This document shows, one piece after another, positions 46,440-58,150 of a DNA stretch of 64,000 bases; the stretch's first letter is position 1, and each line of letters begins with the position of its first letter. The stretch lies in IMG/VR virus record IMGVR_UViG_3300022654_000689. One strand, given 5' to 3'. A program made the position numbers and the translations under genes. This DNA comes from a virus. Lineage: Duplodnaviria > Caudoviricetes. The notes below the pieces were generated by a model that was given only the letters and a program-made list of their open reading frames with translations, did not search any database and was not told the DNA's origin.

Positions 46440-48714
46440 CTATTTATTCATACCTAAGATCATTTTTAAAGTAGATTTACTAACTTTCTTCTTAGAATTT
46501 TCACCTTTGCGTGTCATCATTGAATTAGGTATAGGATTTAAATCTACGTATTCATTATCTTTGTTTTCTCTTTCAATTTGTTTATATTGAGATATCATGT
46601 GATGAGCTGCTCCGAAATTAGAGTTTTTAGATGTATATACATTTTTATTAATATTATTATATTTTCTTATACGGTTTGCATCTGTATTTTTATTAGTTTC
46701 ACTTCTAGAAGCAAATGCGTCATCTGAAGTTACTTTTACAAATCTATTAACATTTTCGCCATAGAATATAGCATGTAAACCTATTAGGTAGGACATGAGT
46801 TGGTCATCGTGGCATCCAGGTCTATGATCTATACGTTTATGGTCTCTAACTAGTGTTTTAATTTCATTGAATATATCTTCGCTAATTATCCAGTTTGGAG
46901 AGTTATTAACTACATCAAACAGAATGTCTTCAGTCATTATAGTTCTATTATCGTTATTAGTAGCTATACCGTAAACTCTAGATTCCTTTTTATAAGTCAT
47001 TTTACTTCCAAATCCCGATTTACGAGGATCGTCTATAGTTTTTTCAGCTTTCTTAGTTTTAACTTCATAATACACTTGTCTTGCAACTGAAGTTCTAAGA
47101 AGTAATGATATAAATGGAATACCTACAGAATTACGTTCTGGAACTATAACTGCATTAGGTAAATATTTACTTACGAACTCTTCAACTAATACAACTAAAT
47201 CAGGTATTTCTATGCTATTATGTCTAAATGTTATAACCGGCTTACATGTGAGTGGATCTATGACAGTGATTGCTGAGTAGTCAAGGGATACCCCTGTAGC
47301 TATATCTATTGCAACTACCCATGATTTATTATGAATGTTTTTAAGATCTGTTAATACATTGAATACATATTTACCGAATAATACTATTTGATCTTTAGGT
47401 TTTACTATATGCTTGGATATCTCTTCAAGTTGTTCTTCTGAGAAAGGAGAATCATTTGAAGCATACATCCATTGTATATCAAGCTCTCTTTTTATTTTAA
47501 ACAAATCTTGGTTAAGAGATTTACATTGATCTTCATACCATGCTTGATCTCTTCCTAATTCAGTATATGAGTATTGTACATGAACGAATTTATTGTTAGA
47601 TTCATATACTATACGCTTAACTTGTTCTATTGGCATATCATACCATTGTTCGTTAAATTTAACTGCATTATTTATCATTTTAAAGCAATATGCACCTGCT
47701 GGATCATCTAGTGTAGAAGGAGTAGTAGTTAATAATGTACCATATGGAACACCATTTACTTTTGCTCTTTCTGCAGCCTTTGCTTGGGCTGGCGCTGATG
47801 CTGTGAATATTATGTCATTATGCTTAAGGAAACTAAACTCGTCACTGTATTGTTATTCTTACAATTTCTTGTAAGCACAGACTATATCTTCACCATCTCT
47901 GGTGCTTCCCACTTCCACTTAGTTAAATAAGTGTACTCTAATCCCTTATTAACGGTTTCGATAGTCGTTGAACCTTCCTAATATTAAGCTTGGCTGCTGA
48001 TTGTCCCAGTGGGAGTTTCCAGCAATTCAAGAAGTTTTCATTTGCATATCACTATGCAACGGGACTCTATTGAATCCATATTAATGGAGTAGTTAATCCC
48101 CTTCCTGCTTTATCTGCAGATACAGGGTCATTAGCTGATTTCAGCAAGCTTATTGTATTTTGGTTTCTTTTACATCTTATATATTGTATATTGTCAGTAT
48201 CAGTCTTACTATCCATATGAGCTTTAAGATAACTTGGTAAGGCTTCTACTGTTTCTTTAAAACGTTTTAAGTTTAACTCACTATCTTGTACTGATTTATT
48301 ACCAAATATAATTTGTGAGTTTGATGTATTAAAATTATATACCCATGTATAAAAACAAATAGCTCCTATAGTCTTACCATGTTGTCTAGGGAGCAGTTCT
48401 ACTACGTTTATATTATTTAGCATACAAAAGTTTTGTGCTAAGTTTGCTATATGAAGTCCATATTTAGCAAATCCTCCTGGTTCTATAATATGAACTACTT
48501 CTCTTAGGTAGTACCAGAAATTTTTTTGCACTTCTGCTAATATTCTAAGTTTCATTTCATCTGAAAGATTAGGATCATACGGATCAACACCGGATAGTCC
48601 CGGATCATACAAAATTAAAAAAAACTTATTATTTTTTACTCCTTTATCTTTCAGCAATTTCCACATCTCAATGAAAGACTGATTAGATGTATTTACATCG
48701 TAGATGGGTTTCAT
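46440..48714 (-). CDS. terL: Terminase large subunit; exons 48714..48074 and 47844..46440, about 681 aa
   Basis: PRQHGKT Walker A, GRG, spliced LIWIDEF Walker B, LTTTP, AIDIATG..DYS, ERNSVG, HDDQLMS. Confidence 0.93.
47845..48073 (-). mobile_element. Group I intron, ORF-less, 229 nt, in Walker B of terminase
   Basis: P1 ggat/gtcc; AATTGCTGGAAACTCC...AATCAGCAG; AACGACTA...GATATAGTCT; terminal G47845. Confidence 0.92.
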
Positions 48715-48811
48715 GCTATAATACCTCCTTGTTAATCATAATAATTAAATGTTTAAATTAAAACAATAAAGATATTGGAAAATGATCATTATGATCATTT
48801 TCCAAATTTTA

Positions 48812-50140
48812 TTAATCAACATACATAAACATTTGTAAACTAGATAACATAAATTGTCCCCAAACTTTTACAGGAACACCATTAAGTTCAGCGTCTACAC
48901 CGTTACAACCGAAATTAAGATCTCCTGATAGTAAAGATTCATCAAATGGAACTTTTCCGCCTATTCCGTTGTCTCTAGTTACATTTAATCCACAATCAGC
49001 AGGAGCTATTACAAAATAAGTAGCTCCTTCAGGACAAGCATCTATTGATATTGATGTTTTACCCATAGGGCCTATTGCAGCTTTATTTATTACAGTAGTA
49101 GATTCTTCAAGTTCTCTTACTGATATATTTTTAGGGTCTAATGTAAGTCCACGTCCCATATAATATCCATAAATTATATTATCTTTAAATCCTATGTCAT
49201 CATAGTCAATGCCTTCAGCTGGTACAAATATTTTTGTTACTCCATCTATTGTTAATCTTAAATTTCCATTAACTATCTTCATGTCAAAAGGTAATACATC
49301 TTTTTTAACCATTGCATAATCATCTAACACATCTTCTTTTATAACTGAATTTTCTATCTTTTCAGCTATTTCTTTTTCTAAATCCGCAGCAGGTATACCT
49401 TTCGCTGGTTTTTCGTATTTAGCATTCCATGTGTCTCTTTCTTTAGGAAGAATGTGACAATCATTAGCAACATGTGGTTGCCACTCTTCTTTTATAAATA
49501 AATTATAAACATTTTTTTCTAAATAAGGTTTAAGGTCTATAACAGGTAAAAAAGCATCTTTTATAAGTCCATTTTTAATATCAAATAATTGATCTTGTTT
49601 TACCATATTATTTAATTTGTTTTTTAAATTTGCTGATAGATGAAGTTCATCTAAACCTTCAGATGGCATATCAAATTTGTTATTCCATTTAGCTCTTTCA
49701 TTATTATTTATATGAATAATTTGATTAGCTACATGTGCATCATCATCTTTTTTATTATTATTTAATGTGTCTGCTAATTTTTTTAAAGTATTTAAAGAGT
49801 TTGGAGCGCCATCTAATAATTCATTTATTCTGTTATCAACGTATTCAGCTGTTATGAAACCTGATACATCAATATTACCACCATTTCCTGCTTCTAATTT
49901 AGCTTCTGCTATTTTATTAACTACAAATTCTTCGCTAGCTAACCCTTCAATTGAAGGTATTTCAGGTTTACCAATTAAGTCATTATATTTTTTGCTAAAT
50001 AATTCATCTTTATTAGCTTTTAAATTTACTGTATATTTTAAAGATTCTACAGCTGTATCAAGCGTATCAATAGCTTCAAGCGCTTCATTAATTTCTTCAC
50101 CACTGAAATTCAATTTAAACCATTTTTCTGAATTACCCAT
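48812..50140 (-). CDS. Tail-fibre-like structural protein
   Basis: YNDLIGKPEIPSIEGLASEEFV, DGAPNSLNTLKKLA, repeated HI...ERxxWN; late promoter 50177..50188. Confidence 0.6.
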   Translation of the reverse strand: MGNSEKWFKLNFSGEEINEALEAIDTLDTAVESLKYTVNLKANKDELFSKKYNDLIGKPEIPSIEGLASEEFVVNKIAEAKLEAGNGGNIDVSGFITAEYVDNRINELLDGAPNSLNTLKKLADTLNNNKKDDDAHVANQIIHINNNERAKWNNKFDMPSEGLDELHLSANLKNKLNNMVKQDQLFDIKNGLIKDAFLPVIDLKPYLEKNVYNLFIKEEWQPHVANDCHILPKERDTWNAKYEKPAKGIPAADLEKEIAEKIENSVIKEDVLDDYAMVKKDVLPFDMKIVNGNLRLTIDGVTKIFVPAEGIDYDDIGFKDNIIYGYYMGRGLTLDPKNISVRELEESTTVINKAAIGPMGKTSISIDACPEGATYFVIAPADCGLNVTRDNGIGGKVPFDESLLSGDLNFGCNGVDAELNGVPVKVWGQFMLSSLQMFMYVD

Positions 50141-50213
50141 TTATCTTTTTTCCTCCTTTATTTAAGTAATTAACAATATTATTTTGTTTGTTGTCAAGTA
50201 TTTGATGTACCTA

Positions 50214-50648
50214 TTAAACTGCAAAATAACATATAAAAAATAATATAAACAAAGCTGCAAATATTAATGTTGCTGTAAACGAATTTGTTGAACTTTCATT
50301 ATTATTTTGTTCTTCAGATTCTTCTGTACTCGCGTCTTGTTCTTCAGATTCTTCTGTACTCGTGTCTTGTTCTTTAGATTCTTCTGTATTTGCTACTTTA
50401 CTTTCTCTTTCAGCACCTTCTTTAAGCATAATTTCTATTTCATTATCATTATAACCTTCGTCTTGTAGTACGCTAATTAGATCTTCTTCTTTAACTGGTC
50501 CATCGTTAAATATTTCTTCTATTTCATAGTAGTCCCAAAATCCTGATTTGTTAGTATAAGTATCTCCGTTTGCTGCAAAAGAAATTATAGGTAGTGATAT
50601 AATTCCTATAACTAATAATGCTATTGTAATAATTTTCCATTTTTTCAT
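50214..50648 (-). CDS. Secreted, membrane-anchored protein with 27-nt tandem repeats
   Basis: Signal peptide ending SFA, TEESxEQ x3, C-terminal TM helix. Confidence 0.7.
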   Translation of the reverse strand: MKKWKIITIALLVIGIISLPIISFAANGDTYTNKSGFWDYYEIEEIFNDGPVKEEDLISVLQDEGYNDNEIEIMLKEGAERESKVANTEESKEQDTSTEESEEQDASTEESEEQNNNESSTNSFTATLIFAALFILFFICYFAV

Positions 50649-50697
50649 AATTTTCCTCCCCATTATACAGAGAGAATGATCTAAATGATCATTCTCT

Positions 50698-51696
50698 TTA
50701 AAATTTGATATTTCTTAAGAAATTATCTAATTCTCTTTCCATAGTACTTTCTAATTTTACTTTTAATATATCTCCATTTTCTCTTAAATCAACAGTTTTA
50801 TTATATGGATCTATTACTGCATTTCTTGTAGACATTTTCATGTATTCAGACATTTCTTTTACATTATTTGATTGTTGAGTTATATATTTAGCAACTTCAT
50901 TAAATTTAACATCTAATATTGTAGATTCAGTTAATACTTGTTGTGCTGTCATATCTTTATATCCAGCTTGTTCTTTTAATATATTTGTCATATATGCATT
51001 ATTATGTGATGGAAATAATACCCACAGTTTTGTTAATCTAGACATCTCTGCCTAGCTCAGACTATCGCACATCCCATTTTAGGGATTCATCTCATTTAGT
51101 CGTTCAGCGTGGATTTTCATCCTTCGCCCTTGTCGTCCATAAAGGAGGTCCAAGTCAATTAGAGACAATTTTTCCATATAATATTTCTATTATAGGCGAC
51201 CATGGTGTTAATCGTAAGTTATAATGTATAATTTTCCATCTATTCTATCATATGCTCCTTCTTTTCTAGCAACTCCACCTAAACCTCTCATAGAGAATGC
51301 CATTTGCATACCTTGTCTACATAATCCCCTAAAATCATCTCCTGCGTGGGTTCTAGCCGATTCAACTACACCTTTAAGTAAATTCCCTTCAAAGTGCATT
51401 TCAGTTATTATATGAGATATTCTAGTTTGATCTATGTAAGTTTGTCTCTTAATATCTTCGCTTAGGGGATGTCCACATTCTCCAACAAGAGTTTTCATTT
51501 TAAGTTGTTCTTGTATTCTAGGTGCTTGTATTGCTCCTAATAAAGATGCTTTACTGTATATACGACCATTTCTATTTGGAGCTTCTGCTTCTTGTAATAT
51601 AGTTTCTATTATAGTAACTTCTGCAGTATCTCTTAATATTTTTGGTTTTGCAGTGAAAGCCGATTCAGATATTAATATACCATCAAATTTTTCCAT
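50698..51696 (-). CDS. Prohead protease (T4 gp21-like); exons 51696..51211 and 51024..50698, about 270 aa
   Basis: LQEAEAPNRNGRIY, GECGHP, SHII, FSMRGLG, spliced TYD|WVLFPSH. Confidence 0.92.
51025..51210 (-). mobile_element. Group I intron, ORF-less, 186 nt, in prohead protease
   Basis: P1 cgat/gtcg; AACGACTA...GATAGTCT; terminal G51025; near-identical to the core of 10660..11809. Confidence 0.92.
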
Positions 51697-51738
51697 AATC
51701 TTTCTCCCTACTTTCTTTTCTTTTTCTTTTAAATATAA

Positions 51739-51767
51739 TAAATATTTGTTGGAAAAACAATTACATA
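51739..51767. promoter_or_regulatory. Back-to-back divergent late promoters
   Basis: AACAaatattTA (minus, 51739..51750) and AACAattacaTA (plus, 51756..51767). Confidence 0.6.
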
Positions 51768-51785
51768 TTAAGACAATAATGCGAG

Positions 51786-52571
51786 GTGATATATTTGGAT
51801 AAACGTTATAATTATTATGTAAGACCATACTTAGAAGAGAGTATGTTAGAAAAAATAAAAAGAATAACACTTAATATAATCAAATCAGTAGTTAAATTCG
51901 TTACCGACATATGGAGTAAAATAATTAAAAAAATAAATGAATTAAAAGAAAGATTTAAAAATAACCCACAAGTTCAATCATTATTAAATAAAATTAATAA
52001 TAGTCGTATAATGCAAACTATTAATATTGCAAAACGTAATAAATTAAAAGTAGAAAGATCTAATTTAGCAGAAGAAGTAAATAAATGCAAAGAAGAAGTT
52101 GAAGGAGCTAGGAAAGTTCAAGAAGAAGAAGTTGAAAATGCTAAAAATATATTCAGTAAAATTAAGGAGTCAATGTCAAAAGATAAAAATGACCAATCTA
52201 ATGAAAAAGAAGTGGTGGATAGAAAAAAAATTAAAATTACTGATAAGTTTATTGATAGTGTTAAAGAAGGTAACACACGAAGAGTTAAAATTATGATAAA
52301 AGATTCATTAATATTAGACCCTACTTTTGAACAAGTTAACGGTATGTTAAAAATATGTCAACACTATAATATGCAACTTTTTAAAAATACTAGTCCCCAT
52401 ATGCAAAAAACAATTGAGAAAAATGCTAATTGGAAAAACTATGACGAAAAAGAACTAGGAGATTATATGAATAGGCTTCTAGTTCAATGTGTTGATGACT
52501 GTTCAGTAGAACAATTTAATTACGTAAAACAAGTAGTTCAAAAATATTATAAAGATAAAGGTGTGATATAA
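51786..52571 (+). CDS. Probable head-internal protein; paralog of 25277..26471
   Basis: YLEES then DIWSKIIKKINELKERFK. Confidence 0.65.
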   Translation: MIYLDKRYNYYVRPYLEESMLEKIKRITLNIIKSVVKFVTDIWSKIIKKINELKERFKNNPQVQSLLNKINNSRIMQTINIAKRNKLKVERSNLAEEVNKCKEEVEGARKVQEEEVENAKNIFSKIKESMSKDKNDQSNEKEVVDRKKIKITDKFIDSVKEGNTRRVKIMIKDSLILDPTFEQVNGMLKICQHYNMQLFKNTSPHMQKTIEKNANWKNYDEKELGDYMNRLLVQCVDDCSVEQFNYVKQVVQKYYKDKGVI

Positions 52572-52572
52572 A

Positions 52573-53303
52573 TGAGCATATGGGATGATCTTTATATTAT
52601 TAACGAAGCAAAATCTGCAAAACAACTCGTTGCAGAGATGTCTCAAGAAATAAACATGAAACCAAAAAAAGAAATTAAAGGAAACAAAACATCGGATAAA
52701 GATATTGAGAATTCCGATGATGAATTAATACCTAGTACAAATGAATTCGATGAAACTAATGATGAAACTGTTGATGATAATGGTGATGGCGAAGTTAGTG
52801 ACAGTGAAGCAATTGATAATATTGATGATGAATTGAATGACGCTGATGCTGATTTTGAAGAGCCTGTTGAAGATGAAGAAGATGATTTTTCTGATATCGA
52901 AACTGAATTAGGAGACGAAGAAATAAGCGATGAAGATTTAGACGGAGTTGATATGGATGATGAGTTAGCAAATTCTGATTCTATGATGGGAGACGAAGGA
53001 TTAGACGACGGAGCTATAGAAGAAACTGATGAAGATAAAGCTAGACACATTCATTTATTATCGTGTGTAAATCAATTATATGATACTACACTAGCTTTCT
53101 CTAAAAAAGTATCATATTTAGACGATTTTCCGTCAGAAAATGTTAACAAATTAATAAGATTGCTTGATTTCTATCGTGAATATAAGTTTGATACAGCAAA
53201 ACCGGAAGATGTCGAAAAAGTTGTTAAGTCATCAACTAAAATACTTAAATCATTAGCTGAACGATATCGTAGTTTAATGAAAGCTAATCAAAGTAAAAAG
53301 TAA
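52573..53303 (+). CDS. Acidic scaffold/prohead-core-like protein
   Basis: Long D/E-rich tract, immediately upstream of capsid gene. Confidence 0.55.
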
Positions 53304-53344
53304 AACAAAATCATTATTATTTTATTTATAATGTGAAAAAATAT

Positions 53345-53356
53345 AACAAATTTATA
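53345..53356 (+). promoter_or_regulatory. Late promoter AACA-N6-TA of capsid gene
   Basis: AACAaatttaTA. Confidence 0.65.
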
Positions 53357-53436
53357 TTCGCATGTAGTAGGTCATAATGGAGAAAAATAATTCCCATTAA
53401 CATACATAAAAAAGAGAAAAGGAGAGTATTGATCGC

Positions 53437-55185
53437 ATGTCTACACAATATAGAGAAATGTTTAACGGAAATATGAATGATGGCTTCAGCAATATTTTAC
53501 ATGAAGCTAGTGACTTCTTTAAGTCTGAGCATAGAATGAATATATTAGGAGAAGGATTCAAAGATGTAATGACTGATCCTATAGCATTCCAAGATTATGT
53601 TGAAAAATTAACTGAAGGATTAAATCCTACTGAAGCTAGACAAATGACTCAATTATTTGAAAATGCTAAAATGCAAACTTTACATGAGTCTGTTGCAGGT
53701 ATACAACCTCATGCTTCATTAACAATGCCAGTAATAAGAAAAATGTGGGCTAGAATAGCTTTAAAATATGCTATACCAACTGAACCAGTTAAAGTTCCTG
53801 CTTTCTCAGTTGCTTTCACATCACCATATGTTTTACAACCAGATGGAACTAAAAAACCATTACCAGAATCTATAAACGCTGTTGGTGGAGGAAGAGCTTC
53901 TAGAAAACATGTTGAAAATACAATGATAGGATTTGCTGCTGACGCTGCTGGAGCTGCTGTTGGGCAAGTTATGGCTAATGGTGCAGGTATGGAAGGATTA
54001 GTAGCAGATGGTTCTGTTATAACTTTAATGCCAGATGTTGAAACTTATAGAAGAAATCAATGTGCATTCAAAGATCCTCAAAAAATAGACCCAATACACC
54101 ATAAATTAGATAAAATGACTATGATAGCTAATTTAGTTGTAGATGGAGAAATAGTTCCATTAAACTTAAAAGCTGACTTATATGGAAGATTATTTGCTGA
54201 GAAACCATTATATGGGGCAGACCCAGATGGAGAAGTAAAAGGAAAAGTTATAATAATAGGTAATATAGATTTCGAAAAATGCTGCGTAATGTTATTCTCT
54301 AAAGTAGAAGACGCAGAAGGAAATGTACAAGATAAAGAAGTACAATTCGCTGTTCAAGGTTTCTTCACTCATGAAACTCACAATGAATCAGTAAACGTTG
54401 CTATAGACATCTTCAAAAGAGATATCGAAATAGGAACTGGAACTCATATAGAAAACAGCTTACAATTAGAATTCTTACAAGATGCTATGGCTATGTACAA
54501 TATAGATGGAGCTGCTGAAACTATAGATGTAATGTCTAACGTTATAGCTCAAAAACTAGACATAGAAATATATGAATTCTTAGCAGATAGCTTCACTAGA
54601 ACTCAATATGCTGGAGGAGCTGCTTTCCAAGGACAATTTAACTTACAACCATCTATAGGATACAATGGAAGTCCTAAAGACTGGAGAGAAGAATTAAAAG
54701 TTGTTATAGATTACTTTGCATTAAAAATGAAATCTACTAAATTCTTCTACAATGGATATTTTGCTATAATAGGTAACCCTCTTGATACTATGTTATTACC
54801 AAATGTATCTTGGACTTTCTCAGGAATACAAGAAGAACAAAACGGAGTTGAAGTTGAATACTCTGTAGGAGCTATGTCAGGATCTCAAAGATATACTGTA
54901 GTTGCTTCTGACTTAATACCACAAGGTGCTTTATTAATGTTCTTCGTACCAACTACTAATAAATACATAACTTACAAATATTATCCATATACATTCAACG
55001 TAGTACAAGACTACAGAAATGCTTTAATAAATAACGTACCATCTGTTATGATGACTAAACGTCACACTATAGAAGAATTCACTCCATTAATCTGTAAAAT
55101 AGATATAATAGGTAACGATGGACATGTACCACAATGGGGTACTATGCCTGGATTTGGATTCGATGGAAACGCTATACAACAATAA
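53437..55185 (+). CDS. Major capsid protein (probable)
   Basis: Strong codon bias, N-terminal propeptide ending about TLHES, ELQLEFLQD..AMYNID...IAQKLDIEI resembling gp23-like folds; between scaffold-like gene and strong terminator. Confidence 0.8.
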   Translation: MSTQYREMFNGNMNDGFSNILHEASDFFKSEHRMNILGEGFKDVMTDPIAFQDYVEKLTEGLNPTEARQMTQLFENAKMQTLHESVAGIQPHASLTMPVIRKMWARIALKYAIPTEPVKVPAFSVAFTSPYVLQPDGTKKPLPESINAVGGGRASRKHVENTMIGFAADAAGAAVGQVMANGAGMEGLVADGSVITLMPDVETYRRNQCAFKDPQKIDPIHHKLDKMTMIANLVVDGEIVPLNLKADLYGRLFAEKPLYGADPDGEVKGKVIIIGNIDFEKCCVMLFSKVEDAEGNVQDKEVQFAVQGFFTHETHNESVNVAIDIFKRDIEIGTGTHIENSLQLEFLQDAMAMYNIDGAAETIDVMSNVIAQKLDIEIYEFLADSFTRTQYAGGAAFQGQFNLQPSIGYNGSPKDWREELKVVIDYFALKMKSTKFFYNGYFAIIGNPLDTMLLPNVSWTFSGIQEEQNGVEVEYSVGAMSGSQRYTVVASDLIPQGALLMFFVPTTNKYITYKYYPYTFNVVQDYRNALINNVPSVMMTKRHTIEEFTPLICKIDIIGNDGHVPQWGTMPGFGFDGNAIQQ

Positions 55186-55216
55186 TCAAAAAAATAATTA
55201 AAAATTTATATAGATT

Positions 55217-55253
55217 AAAGTAGAATACTCCTACGGGAGTATTCTACTTTTTA
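55217..55253. terminator. Bidirectional terminator
   Basis: aaagtagaatactcc-tacg-ggagtattctacttt. Confidence 0.8.
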
Positions 55254-55643
55254 TTATATTAAATTAAGAATTATAGTTTTATTAAATTCTTCAATAAGTT
55301 CTTCTTTTAGACTTTCAGGAAGTTCTTTAAAATATACAGGGTCGTCACTTTTGTAACTTTGTACGTATCCAAACTTATCTTCATATAAAAACCAAGATAC
55401 TACAATATCGTTAATATCTTCTTTAGTTATATATCCATGTAATGCTTTATACAATAAATCTTTATTAAAATTTCGGCATGTTCTTTCTTCAATACATATA
55501 CCTTCTGAATATCTAATGTTGCCATTTTCGTCTAAGAAATAAAGTTTCTTATCAAAATATACGCGAACACAATCATTTCCTTGACCTACATCTGTATAAA
55601 CATCAGAAATACTTATATTATACATCAAATTAACAAAAGCCAT
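55254..55643 (-). CDS. Small protein, C-terminal-motif family
   Basis: GGAGG RBS; ends KTIILNLI. Confidence 0.65.
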   Translation of the reverse strand: MAFVNLMYNISISDVYTDVGQGNDCVRVYFDKKLYFLDENGNIRYSEGICIEERTCRNFNKDLLYKALHGYITKEDINDIVVSWFLYEDKFGYVQSYKSDDPVYFKELPESLKEELIEEFNKTIILNLI

Positions 55644-55685
55644 AATTACCTCCATAAATTTAATTATATTAAGGAGTACAAATTT

Positions 55686-56075
55686 TTATATTAAATAGTC
55701 TATTAATGCTAATTGTATCATTTTAATTAAATCTGATTTAATATTATTATCTATGATATCAGCTAATTTGTAATTGTAGAGATTTTCATTATCTTCATAA
55801 ATAACTAATTTATTAAAGTCATCGTCTATAGCTGAACCAGTTAATAGTCTATCAATTAAATTATGAACTTCTTCTTTTGTACCATAGTGTCCACAATATC
55901 TACTTACATCAATACGATCTGTCGTTATTAAATCTGGGAACTTTGTATTATCGTTGACAAAAACATATAGTGGTGCATTAAATTTAATACTTAATGTTGT
56001 ATATACTCCTTTAAAGTCTTTTACTTCAATTTTACAAACTTCAATTTTACCATTATAATTTAATTTATATTCCAT
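55686..56075 (-). CDS. Small protein, C-terminal-motif family
   Basis: GGAGG RBS; ends LALIDYLI. Confidence 0.65.
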   Translation of the reverse strand: MEYKLNYNGKIEVCKIEVKDFKGVYTTLSIKFNAPLYVFVNDNTKFPDLITTDRIDVSRYCGHYGTKEEVHNLIDRLLTGSAIDDDFNKLVIYEDNENLYNYKLADIIDNNIKSDLIKMIQLALIDYLI

Positions 56076-56105
56076 AATATATACCTCCAAATTTAATTTA
56101 ATTTT

Positions 56106-56600
56106 TTAGTCTAACACATATACATCTATATCTTGAAATCCCCATTCCATACATTTATCATAATCATTCATGTATATATCTATACGATTTCCTTTTATTG
56201 CACTACCACAATCTTCTGCTATAAATGTTCTATTAAGCTTTGGTATATATACTTTTGATCCATATGGTATAACTGTAGGATCTACTGCTATTGTAATGCC
56301 TTCTACTGGAATAGTATCTGTAAAAGTTATTGTATCTTCGCAATATGCTGTTGCTCCAACTCTTATACGAGTTCCATTAATTTTTGGAATTTGTGAGGAG
56401 TATCTACAATTATGATCATGAATGTCTATTATATCTTCATTCCTTTCTTCTGTTAGTTGTTGCATTATTATTGATCGGTTTGTTGTACTATCAGCATATA
56501 CCTTTCCAACACTATCGTGAAATACCATACATAAAGATATAACTATTCCTATTATCATACTTAATACTTTTTTTGATTTAACATATTTAACTAAAGTCAT
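56106..56600 (-). CDS. 3D-domain (lytic transglycosylase-like) protein with N-terminal TM/signal
   Basis: ATAYC, IAVDPTVIPYGS, AEDCGSAIKGNRIDIY. Confidence 0.9.
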   Translation of the reverse strand: MTLVKYVKSKKVLSMIIGIVISLCMVFHDSVGKVYADSTTNRSIIMQQLTEERNEDIIDIHDHNCRYSSQIPKINGTRIRVGATAYCEDTITFTDTIPVEGITIAVDPTVIPYGSKVYIPKLNRTFIAEDCGSAIKGNRIDIYMNDYDKCMEWGFQDIDVYVLD

Positions 56601-56673
56601 GTCAATTCCCCCTAATTTAATTTGATGATTTTTTTTATAGTGGATCATAGAAAAACATTAGGATTTTATAATC

Positions 56674-57069
56674 CTAATGTTTTCTTCTATAATTAGATAA
56701 ACTAACTACATTATTATATTCTGAATAATCTTCTTCTTTACTTCCAAACATTTTTTCATATTCTTCTGGAAATTCAGATTTATATAATTCTAAATCTTCT
56801 TTTAGTTCATTTAATTCTTTTATAGATTTGTCTATATACTCATTTATGTTTGAGTATTTTTCTTTTTCTTGTTGTTTCTTTTCTTCTATAGCTTTATCTA
56901 TTCTTTCGTTTAATTTGTCTAAATATTCATTTATAAGTTTAGTATCGTCATTATAATTTTCTATAGTTTTTTCTAAAAATTGAGTTTGTCTTTGAGCTAG
57001 TTCTACATATTCTTGACCTACAGTTCTTCTTTCTTTTTTCACAAATAAATTTTTTATTGATTTTAACAT
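56674..57069 (-). CDS. Hypothetical coiled-coil protein
   Basis: GGAGG RBS. Confidence 0.65.
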   Translation of the reverse strand: MLKSIKNLFVKKERRTVGQEYVELAQRQTQFLEKTIENYNDDTKLINEYLDKLNERIDKAIEEKKQQEKEKYSNINEYIDKSIKELNELKEDLELYKSEFPEEYEKMFGSKEEDYSEYNNVVSLSNYRRKH

Positions 57070-57283
57070 AATATATACCTCCAATATTTTATTTTAAACC
57101 ACAAATATAGTATACATTTAAAATATTGATAGATACGGGTGAGTTAAAATACGGAACATAGAAAAAATGAAACGGCTTTAATCAGACGTTTCATTTATAT
57201 TATTACTAGTTACCAAAAGCAGCCATAGCCATTTCTATAACTTCAACATTTTTTTTATATTATTCATACAAGTCCCTCCAAAT

Positions 57284-57736
57284 TTAATTAAATTTTTTTC
57301 TTAACATTTCATATTCATTTTGCATCTTTCTAAATTGATCTATATTACCACCTTTATCGGGATGTAATTCCATACATAGTTGTCTATGTCTTTTCTTTAA
57401 TTGATCTTTATTAGTACATCCACTAAAATAACTAGAACTTGTGTTAGTTTTAGTATACGTTCTATTATAATTAGTATTCTGTTTATATGAGTTCTCATTT
57501 CTTTGTTTGTATTCTTTATACTGTTCATAACTCTTTTGTTGTTTCTTTCCTGTTTTCTTGTTTGTAATTTCCTGACACCATCCTACAATCCAACATATGA
57601 ATAAGAATATCCCTATGCAGAAAAATGGATGACTTATTACAAATGCAAAACCTGCTAATGTCAATATTAAAGATAAAAATGTTTTAGGATGTTTGAACAG
57701 AAAGTATATAATAAATAAACTTATTAATAATCTCAT
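57284..57736 (-). CDS. Membrane-anchored J-domain protein
   Basis: Hydrophobic N-terminus; LKKRHRQLCMELHPDKGG. Confidence 0.8.
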   Translation of the reverse strand: MRLLISLFIIYFLFKHPKTFLSLILTLAGFAFVISHPFFCIGIFLFICWIVGWCQEITNKKTGKKQQKSYEQYKEYKQRNENSYKQNTNYNRTYTKTNTSSSYFSGCTNKDQLKKRHRQLCMELHPDKGGNIDQFRKMQNEYEMLRKKFN

Positions 57737-57816
57737 ATTAATTCTCCATTTTAACTAAAAAATAAAAGAGATAGTGTTTTAAACACTATCTCTTTTTTAT
57801 TACTTTAATTTTAAAT

Positions 57817-58131
57817 TTATAAATTTGTACCTAGCTTGATGTATTCAATTTCTTCTCTTAATTCTACAATTCTTTCTTGTAAATATCTAATTTCGTCTTC
57901 TTTATCTTCTATCTCATTTTGAACTCTTTCAATTTTCTCTTGTTTCTCTTTATCTTCAAAGACTTTAGTTAATTCTTCTTCATTATCTTTAAATTCACAA
58001 TATGAAGCGTTAGGATTACATAATGCATAATCCCATCCATCATCTCTTAATGTACATGCGTTATAAGTTTGCCAACTGTCTTTAGCATATATATCTTCTA
58101 ATCTATATGGGCATTTTCTATAATTACACAT
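57817..58131 (-). CDS. Hypothetical protein, Cys-rich N-terminus plus coiled coil
   Basis: GAGGGGG RBS. Confidence 0.65.
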   Translation of the reverse strand: MCNYRKCPYRLEDIYAKDSWQTYNACTLRDDGWDYALCNPNASYCEFKDNEEELTKVFEDKEKQEKIERVQNEIEDKEDEIRYLQERIVELREEIEYIKLGTNL

Positions 58132-58150
58132 AAATTTTACCCCCTCAAAT

